DNA from: Acidobacteriota bacterium
GTDB lineage: Bacteria > Acidobacteriota > UBA6911 > RPQK01 > JAJDTT01
Assembly (NCBI GenBank): GCA_965209055.1
Contig: OZ242374.1
Coordinates: forward strand, 1,632,001-1,696,000
DNA: 64,000 bases
Reading direction: 5' to 3'
Shown here: positions 57,433-64,000 of the stretch, in pieces
How the letters are laid out: every line of letters starts with the position of its first letter
Position numbering within the stretch: the first letter of the stretch is position 1
Position numbers and translations under genes: made by a program
Notes under the pieces: model-generated
Told to the model about the DNA's origin: nothing
What the model saw: only the letters and a program-made list of their open reading frames with translations
Database searches by the model: none

Positions 57433-58425
57433 ATGTCGTACCGTTTCGCGGATCCTTGGTTTCTCAGCCTGCTGGTGATCCTTCCCCTGATCCTGTTCTG
57501 GATCCTGAGCCGGGGACGCCGCCGGAACTCCAGCCTGCGGTTTCCGCATGTGGGCTCTCTCAGGAAGGCGTACAAGCCCATGGCGTCCCGTTCCCGCCAT
57601 TTCCTCTTCGCCGTTCGGTTGGTTGCCCTGGGGCTTCTGGTTCTCGCGGCGGCGAGGCCCCAGAGCGGCGCCACGCGTGAGGAGGTCACGGCGGAGGGGA
57701 TCGACATCGTTCTGGCCCTGGACCTGTCCAGCTCCATGCTGGCCCAGGACATCGAGCCCGACCGGATCGAAGCGGCGAAGCAGGTCGCCGCCGACTTCGT
57801 CCGGCGCCGGACCAACGACCGGATCGGACTGGTGGTCTTCGCCAGCCACGGGTTCGTCCAGTGCCCGCTGACCCTGGACTACGGGATCCTCCTGGATTTT
57901 CTGGACGAGTTGAAGGTGGGCCTGCTGGACGACGGGACCGCCCTGGGCATGGGCATCGCCACCGCGGTCGGGCGTCTCAAGGAGAGTGAAGCCGAATCGA
58001 AGGTGTTGATCCTGCTCACCGACGGCCGCAACAATGCGGGAGAAATCGACCCTGCCACCGCGTCCCAGATGGCGCAGGCCTTCGGAATCCGCATCTACTC
58101 CATCGGTGCCGGAACCCGTGGCGTGGCGCCCTATCCGGTGGACGACCCGGTCTTCGGCCGCCGCCAGACCCGGATTCGAGTCGACATCGACGAAGAGGCG
58201 CTTCGACAAGCCGCCGAGGTGACGGGCGGGCGGTATTTTCGGGCGACGGATCGCGAGAGCCTGGAGCAGATCTACCGCGAGATCGACGAGTTGGAAAAGA
58301 GCGAGATCAAGGTGAATCAATATACCCAATACGGAGAGCTGTTCCCTTATCCGCTGGCCCTGGCGGTCGTGCTTCTGTTGGGCGAGGTGGGACTCTCCGG
58401 AACCTGGTTTCGCAAGGTGCCGTGA
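57433..58425 (+). CDS. batA: VWA-domain protein BatA
   Basis: DLSSSM, DRIGLVVF, GTALG, LLTDG, TGGRYFRA. Confidence 0.9.
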   Translation: MSYRFADPWFLSLLVILPLILFWILSRGRRRNSSLRFPHVGSLRKAYKPMASRSRHFLFAVRLVALGLLVLAAARPQSGATREEVTAEGIDIVLALDLSSSMLAQDIEPDRIEAAKQVAADFVRRRTNDRIGLVVFASHGFVQCPLTLDYGILLDFLDELKVGLLDDGTALGMGIATAVGRLKESEAESKVLILLTDGRNNAGEIDPATASQMAQAFGIRIYSIGAGTRGVAPYPVDDPVFGRRQTRIRVDIDEEALRQAAEVTGGRYFRATDRESLEQIYREIDELEKSEIKVNQYTQYGELFPYPLALAVVLLLGEVGLSGTWFRKVP

Positions 58426-58452
58426 AACCAGACAGGGCAGAGGGAAGGGATC

Positions 58453-59484
58453 TTGTTTCGATTCGGTGAGCCACAGTTGCTGTATCTGCTGGTCCTGTTG
58501 CCGCTGCTGTTCGCCTTTCTGTTCTGGGTGATCCGGCGGAAGCGGCGCGCGGTCCAGGTTCTGGTGGGGCCCCACATGGCGTCCCGGCTCACCGGGAACT
58601 CCAGCAGCCGGCGCCAGTGGTTCAAAGGGCTCATGGTGGTGGCGGCCGTCGGCCTGCTGTTGGGCGGTCTGGCGCGGCCCCAGTTCGGGACCCGCCTGGA
58701 GACGGTGGCAAGAGAGGGGCAGGACCTGGTGGTGGTCCTGGATCTGTCCGCCTCCATGCTGGCCCGGGACATCCAGCCGAGCCGCCTGGAAAAGGCCAGG
58801 CACGCCATCGGAACGCTCATCGGCCTGCTGGAGGGGGACCGCATCGGGATCGTGGGGTTCGCCGGGGAGGCTTTTGTCCAATGTCCCCTGACCCTCGACT
58901 ACGGGGCGGCCAGAACCCTGCTGGCCTCCATGGGACCGGCGTCGATTCCGGTGCCGGGAACGGCGTTGGGTGAAGCCCTGCGCAAGGGGTTGGAGCTCTT
59001 CTCGGCCGAGGAGAAGAAGCACAAGGTAATGGTTCTGATCACCGACGGAGAAGACCATTTGGGTCGGCCCCTGGAGGTGGCGCGGGAAGCGGCCGGCCAG
59101 GGAGTGGTCATCCACGCCGTCGGAATCGGGTCGATGCAGGGCACTCCCATACCGGTTTTCGATTCGGAAGGCCGGTCCCAAGGTTTCAAGAAAGACAGGT
59201 CCGGCGAAGTCGTGATGACACGGCTGGACGAGAGCACGCTTCGCGAAGTGGCGGAGGAGACGGGTGGCGCCTATCGGAGGGCCTCCCCCGGCGAGTCGGA
59301 ATTGGAGGGGATCTACGGGAAGGTGGCGGCCTTGGAAAAGAAGCAGCTCGCCTCCATCCAGGTGGCCCAATACGAGGAGCGGTTTCAGATCCCTGTACTG
59401 TTGGGTCTGATACTGCTGCTGGCCGACCTCCTGTTGGCCGAGCGGCGGCGCGTCGACAGAGTCTGGAAGGGACGTTTTCGGTGA
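58453..59484 (+). CDS. batB: VWA-domain protein BatB
   Basis: LARPQFG, DLSASM, PSRL, ITDGEDH. Confidence 0.9.
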   Translation: MFRFGEPQLLYLLVLLPLLFAFLFWVIRRKRRAVQVLVGPHMASRLTGNSSSRRQWFKGLMVVAAVGLLLGGLARPQFGTRLETVAREGQDLVVVLDLSASMLARDIQPSRLEKARHAIGTLIGLLEGDRIGIVGFAGEAFVQCPLTLDYGAARTLLASMGPASIPVPGTALGEALRKGLELFSAEEKKHKVMVLITDGEDHLGRPLEVAREAAGQGVVIHAVGIGSMQGTPIPVFDSEGRSQGFKKDRSGEVVMTRLDESTLREVAEETGGAYRRASPGESELEGIYGKVAALEKKQLASIQVAQYEERFQIPVLLGLILLLADLLLAERRRVDRVWKGRFR

Positions 59485-60359
59485 TGGGCTTTCGGCGCCT
59501 GTTCGTGGGACTGTTGTTGGCGGGACTGCTGTCCGGCTCCCAGCCTCTCTGGAGCCAGGCCGGCAGGGAGAAAGTTCTGGAGGGGAACCGGAACTACTCG
59601 GAGGGAGCCTACGACAAGGCTCTGGAACTGTACCGGGAGGCTCTGGAAGAGAACCCGGATTCCCCGGCCATCCGTTTCAATCTGGGCGATGCGCAATTCA
59701 AGAAGGAAGAGATGGAGGATGCCGCCGATTCTTTCTCCAGAGCGCTGCAGACGGAGGATCCCGGGATCAAGTCGCGGGCCCAGTACAATTTGGGCAACTC
59801 GCTCTATCGCCAGGGAAAGTTCCAGGAGAGCCTGAACGCCTACCGGGAGGCGCTGAAGGCGGCGCCCGGCGACCGGGATGCCAAGCACAATCTGGAATTC
59901 GTGCTCAAGCAGTTGCAGGAGCAGCAACAGCAGCAAGAGAACCAGGACCAGCAGGGCGAAGGGGAACAGGACCAGGACAAGAACCAGGACGAGAGCCGGT
60001 CCGGCAACGAGGATCAATCGCAGCAGGGTCGGCAGGACCAGCCGGAAGAGCAGGAGGGCTCGGACCAGCAGGACGAGGAGCAACAGTCCCAGGCCCGGAA
60101 TGACCGGCAGGATTCCGGAAATCCTGAACAGCGCCCGGGAGACCAGCAGGAAAACAGGAACGAAGAGTCTCGCGCCTCCGGCAGCCGGCAAGAGGAGTCT
60201 TCCCGGGAGGGTCAGGCCCAAGCCTCTCCCCAAGGCGCTCAACCCATGTCTCGCGAGGAGGCCGAGCGCCTGCTGGAGGCTCTGGCACAGGCCCAGGCGG
60301 GAGTCAGGAAGAAGCTCGAAATGCGCCGGGGAACCGCGAAGGTCGAGAAGGACTGGTGA
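59481..60359 (+). CDS. batC: TPR protein BatC
   Basis: FNLG and YNLGN TPRs, Q/E-rich linker, KDW terminus. Confidence 0.88.
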   Translation: MMGFRRLFVGLLLAGLLSGSQPLWSQAGREKVLEGNRNYSEGAYDKALELYREALEENPDSPAIRFNLGDAQFKKEEMEDAADSFSRALQTEDPGIKSRAQYNLGNSLYRQGKFQESLNAYREALKAAPGDRDAKHNLEFVLKQLQEQQQQQENQDQQGEGEQDQDKNQDESRSGNEDQSQQGRQDQPEEQEGSDQQDEEQQSQARNDRQDSGNPEQRPGDQQENRNEESRASGSRQEESSREGQAQASPQGAQPMSREEAERLLEALAQAQAGVRKKLEMRRGTAKVEKDW

Positions 60360-62209
60360 GAAAGTTCCGGGGAACAGTTCTGGCGGCGGTCCTGCTTACC
60401 GGACCGGTGGGCGGCCAGGACCCGGCCGTCCGCGCATTTCTGGACCGGACCTCCGTCGCCAGGGGACAGCAGTTTACGCTGACGGTGGAGGTTTCGGGCA
60501 AAGGAGCCTCCGGCGCCGGAGAACCCCGCTTGCCCCCCATGGAGGAGTTCGCCGCGTTCTTGGGACGGAGGATCTCGCAGCAGTATCGGCTGGTGAATGG
60601 ACGCATGTCCACGTCCCGGACCTTCATTTTCCATTTTCGGGCGACCCGGGAGGGCGAGTTCGAGATCGGCGCGGTCCAAGTGCGGTTGGACGGCAACATT
60701 CACAAGTCCACTCCCCTTCGGATTCAAGTCGGCAGTGGGGGAAGGCCGGTTCCCACTCCTCCCCGCGGAGGCCGGCCGGCCGATACGGCATCGCCAGCGG
60801 ATCTCTTCGTGCGGGCAACCGCCGACCGGGAACGTGTCTACCGGAATCAGGCGTTGGTGGTGACCTACAAGATCTATACGGGTGTCAGGATTTCCTCATA
60901 CGGAATCTCCAAGCAGCCGGAGACGGCCGGGTTCTGGGTGGAGGACTATCCGCAGCCCCGGCAGCCCCAAACCGAGGGCGAGGTGATCGGCGGACGGCGC
61001 TACACGGTGGCTCAGATCAAGAAGATGGTGCTGTTCCCCACCGGTGCGGGGGAGAAGGAGATCGGTCCCCTGGTTCTGGAATGCCGGGTGCAGACCCGAG
61101 GCGGCTCATGGGACCCCTTCGGCTCCCGGGATCCCTTCCGGGGCTTTTTCTCCAGTGACATCTTTGGCCGCGAAGTGACCCGCCAGGTCGCCTCCAATCC
61201 GCTTCGGGTGCAGATCCTGCCCTTGCCCCAGGAGGGCAGGCCCCGGGAGTTCCAGGGCGCCGTCGGAGATTTCTCCATTTCCGGTCAATTGGACAAGTCG
61301 GAGGTCAAGGCCAACGAGGCCTTGAGTTTCAAGGTTCGGATCTCCGGCAACGGCAACCTGGCCGGACTGAGCGAACCCCGGATTGAGTTTCCTTCCAGCT
61401 TCGAAGTCTACCCGCCGAAGATGGAGCAGCAGATCCGCCGGGACCCGGGCGGGATCTCCGGAGAGAAGACCTTCGAGTACGTGCTCATTCCACGCCGCCC
61501 CGGTCCGGTGCAGTTGGGACCGGTGCAGATGGCCTACTTCGATCCGGCCTCGGATGCCTATCGCATCAGCCGCGCTCCCGAGTTGTCCGTCAACGTAACG
61601 CCGGGCGATCAACTGGCGGAAGCGGCGAAAGCGGGGCTCTCCCGCCAGGAGGTGAAGCTGCTGGCGCAGGATATCCGGTTTATCAAGATCGGGTCCGGGC
61701 CGTTTCACAAGATCGGGGATTCGATTCTGACGGTCACCGGGTTCTGGATTCCCTTTTCCTTGCCGCTTCTGTGTCTTCTGGGCGCCGTCGGTTACCGGCG
61801 GCACCAGATGCGGCTCAAGGGAGACGTAGCCTACGCGCGGGCCAGGCGGGCTCGGCGAGTCTCCAGGAAACGACTTGCTCAGGCCCAGTCCTATCTGGAC
61901 GGGGGGGCCGAGCAGGAGTTCTATCCGGCCGTGGGACAGGCGCTCATGGGCTATCTTGCCGACAAGCTCAACGTCGCCCAGGCCGGAATGGTCAGTCAGG
62001 AGGTCAAGGACTCCTTGCGGGCCATGGGAGTCTCGGAAGAATCTCTCTCTCGCTATTTCGATTGTCTCCAAATCTGCGACCTGAAGCAGTTCGCGCCCTC
62101 TTCCTCCGGCCGGGAGGAAATGCGGGACCTGATGGCCGGAGCCCGTGAGGCCGTGACCCGGATGGAGCAGGAGCTTGCGTCAGGGCCGGAAGGGAGGTCT
62201 GCTCAATGA
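60356..62209 (+). CDS. batD: BatD protein
   Basis: F.GAVG, G.GN, FEVY, YFDP, DI.FIK. Confidence 0.88.
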   Translation: MRKFRGTVLAAVLLTGPVGGQDPAVRAFLDRTSVARGQQFTLTVEVSGKGASGAGEPRLPPMEEFAAFLGRRISQQYRLVNGRMSTSRTFIFHFRATREGEFEIGAVQVRLDGNIHKSTPLRIQVGSGGRPVPTPPRGGRPADTASPADLFVRATADRERVYRNQALVVTYKIYTGVRISSYGISKQPETAGFWVEDYPQPRQPQTEGEVIGGRRYTVAQIKKMVLFPTGAGEKEIGPLVLECRVQTRGGSWDPFGSRDPFRGFFSSDIFGREVTRQVASNPLRVQILPLPQEGRPREFQGAVGDFSISGQLDKSEVKANEALSFKVRISGNGNLAGLSEPRIEFPSSFEVYPPKMEQQIRRDPGGISGEKTFEYVLIPRRPGPVQLGPVQMAYFDPASDAYRISRAPELSVNVTPGDQLAEAAKAGLSRQEVKLLAQDIRFIKIGSGPFHKIGDSILTVTGFWIPFSLPLLCLLGAVGYRRHQMRLKGDVAYARARRARRVSRKRLAQAQSYLDGGAEQEFYPAVGQALMGYLADKLNVAQAGMVSQEVKDSLRAMGVSEESLSRYFDCLQICDLKQFAPSSSGREEMRDLMAGAREAVTRMEQELASGPEGRSAQ

Positions 62210-62967
62210 AACCGGGGGCAGCCGCTCTGCTCTTCCTGATTCTGGTTGCCGCTCCGCTTCGCGGAGACTCCAGCGAGGGGCTCTTTCTACAGGGGAATCG
62301 TCACTACGAGGCCGGCGACTACCGGAAGGCCTTGGAGAGCTACGCCGCCATCGCCGCCATGGGTTACGAGTCGGGTCCACTCTATTTCAACATGGGGAAT
62401 TGCTACTACAAGTTGGGCGAGACGGGGCCGGCCATTCTTCACTACGAACGAGCGTCTCGGCTGATCCCCGGAGACGAGGACCTGGAGGTCAACCTGTCGC
62501 TGGCCCGGCTCAAGGTGGTCGACCGGATTCCGGAACTGCCCCGTTTCCGGCCTCTGGTGCTCCTGGAACGCCTCGTGTTCTACTTTCCGCGCGACGCTCT
62601 ATGGATCCTGATGTGGAGTTCCTACGCCGTCGCGGCGGCGGCCTGGATCCTCAGGCTTCTGTGGAGTCGCGGCCGCAAGGTTGCCGGCAAGATCGTGTGG
62701 ATCGGATCCATGATGCTGATCGTGTCCGCCTCCTGCCTTGTGGGTCAGGTCCGCCAGGAGAGAGAATCCACCGAGGCCATCATCCTGGCCAAGGAGGTTA
62801 GAGCCGTGAGTGCTCCGGGAGAAGAGGGCATCCAGGTCTTCACGCTCCACGAGGGAACCAAAGTACGAATGCAGGAAGTCTCGGGATCGTGGGTCGAGGT
62901 CCTGCTGGCCGACGGTAACGTGGGATGGCTCAAGGCCGACTCCATGGCCAGGATTGCACAACCATGA
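62206..62967 (+). CDS. batE: TPR + SH3 protein BatE
   Basis: FNMGNCYYK, AILHYERA, LHEGTKV, GW. Confidence 0.88.
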   Translation: MKPGAAALLFLILVAAPLRGDSSEGLFLQGNRHYEAGDYRKALESYAAIAAMGYESGPLYFNMGNCYYKLGETGPAILHYERASRLIPGDEDLEVNLSLARLKVVDRIPELPRFRPLVLLERLVFYFPRDALWILMWSSYAVAAAAWILRLLWSRGRKVAGKIVWIGSMMLIVSASCLVGQVRQERESTEAIILAKEVRAVSAPGEEGIQVFTLHEGTKVRMQEVSGSWVEVLLADGNVGWLKADSMARIAQP

Positions 62968-63737
62968 GATCAAGGAGCGGAAAAGCATTGGTGTGGGCGC
63001 TGGGTGCGGCGCTCCTGATTACAGGAACCGTGCTAGGCGCCCTCCGGCAGCAGGAGAAACCCGTCCACCTCATCCAGGCTGCCGAACGGGGAGACGTGAA
63101 CACGGTGAAATACCTGCTGGACCTCGGCGTGGACGTCAACGGGAGGGACGAGCAGGGGACCACGGCTCTGACGGCCGCCGCCTGGGAGGGGCAGAGCGAA
63201 GTGGTCAAGATCCTTTTGGAGCGAGGGTCCGAGATCGATCCGCAGGATGAGCTGGCTGGGATGACGCCACTCATCTGGGCCTGCTGGAAGGGATATGGAG
63301 ACACCGTGGGGGTTCTTCTGGAAGCCGGAGCCGACGTGAACCTCAAGGACAAGAACGACCGCGGCGGGCTCATGGGGGCGGCCTGGGAGGGTCGCACCCA
63401 AATCATCGGCATGTTGGTTGCCGCCGGTGCCCAGTTGGAGTCGCGCGATTACACCGGCGCCACCGCCCTGATGTGGGCCGCGTGGAACGGCCGCCTGGAG
63501 ACCACACAAGCGCTGCTGGCGGCCGGCGCCGCCATTGACGCCCGCGAGAACGAAGGAAAGACCGCGCTCATCGGCGCAGCGACGGATGGCCACCTTCCGG
63601 TGGTCCGGGCGCTGGTGAACGCGGGAGCTCGACTGGACCTCAAGGACCAGAAGGGTCTCACCGCCCTTTCGGCGGCCGCCTCAAATCGCCACACCGAAGT
63701 CGTCCGCTATCTGCAGGAGGCCGGCGCCGCCAAGTAG
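62964..63737 (+). CDS. Exported/membrane-anchored ankyrin-repeat protein (about 6-7 repeats)
   Basis: Hydrophobic N-terminus, Trp-rich ankyrin repeats; ATGA overlap with batE. Confidence 0.88.
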   Translation: MRSRSGKALVWALGAALLITGTVLGALRQQEKPVHLIQAAERGDVNTVKYLLDLGVDVNGRDEQGTTALTAAAWEGQSEVVKILLERGSEIDPQDELAGMTPLIWACWKGYGDTVGVLLEAGADVNLKDKNDRGGLMGAAWEGRTQIIGMLVAAGAQLESRDYTGATALMWAAWNGRLETTQALLAAGAAIDARENEGKTALIGAATDGHLPVVRALVNAGARLDLKDQKGLTALSAAASNRHTEVVRYLQEAGAAK

Positions 63738-63760
63738 GAGAGGGGACATCCCTGTCCCCC
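63734..63760 (+). repeat. REP-like palindrome, class A
   Basis: GTAGGAGAGGGGACATCCCTGTCCCCC; its TAG is the ankyrin stop. Confidence 0.75.
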
Positions 63761-63801
63761 ACACTCCGGAGTCGGGGGCGACCAGCCCCCGCACCGATCC
63801 G

Positions 63802-64000
63802 CTACTCCCACCCCGGTTCGAACCCCCGGTCCCCGGGAATGACGTTCAACTGTCTCCGCAAGTCGAGGCAGGCTTCCTCCCAGCGGTCGAGTTCGTCCCT
63901 GAGCCGGGTGACGCCGCCGGGGACCGCCCCCCGCTGCAGGAGGTTGTCCAACTCGCCTGGATCACGGGTGAGGTCGTAGGCTTCATCGCCGTATTGGGGA
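63802..64000 (-). CDS. 3' end of a probable sulfatase (starts beyond the window)
   Basis: Manual translation ..EAYDLTRDPGELDNLL..GWE*; the YDL..DP.E..NL motif is typical of sulfatase C-termini. Confidence 0.6.
   Translation of the reverse strand, partial: PQYGDEAYDLTRDPGELDNLLQRGAVPGGVTRLRDELDRWEEACLDLRRQLNVIPGDRGFEPGWE

Noticed and set aside
59905-60240. CAG/GAG-rich low-complexity DNA
   Set aside because: Encodes the usual Q/E-rich linker of BatC
13357-63760. Palindromic 27-bp repeats as a CRISPR array
   Set aside because: Copies are kilobases apart with no regular spacers and no cas genes

Overview
GC-rich bacterial chromosome segment; the gene content suggests an Acidobacteriota-like organism, possibly host/sponge-associated (inference). 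It holds about 60 CDS and one tRNA-Asp. Main blocks in order: an AbiE type IV toxin-antitoxin pair at the left edge whose toxin has an RG in place of the catalytic GG motif; threonine synthase, MnSOD, and a CinA-like/flavin reductase/rhodanese trio with export-like N-termini; sugar-acid metabolism (glucuronokinase-like kinase + GalU-like, gluconokinase, gnd); a sigma54-controlled copper locus (cusCBA plus two unusual downstream genes, NtrC-type two-component system, CopA) followed by TPM/NTase/LemA; TrmI, M28 peptidase, MFS/cyclodeaminase/aminotransferase; a long ankyrin gene whose 3' 66 bp are duplicated around a MazEF-like module; and a MoxR-Bat operon with an inserted small gene and a translationally coupled ankyrin gene. 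A family of REP-like palindromes is dispersed through the window. No CRISPR array, rRNA, integrase or transposase was seen. All product calls come from motif recognition by eye; no database search was run.
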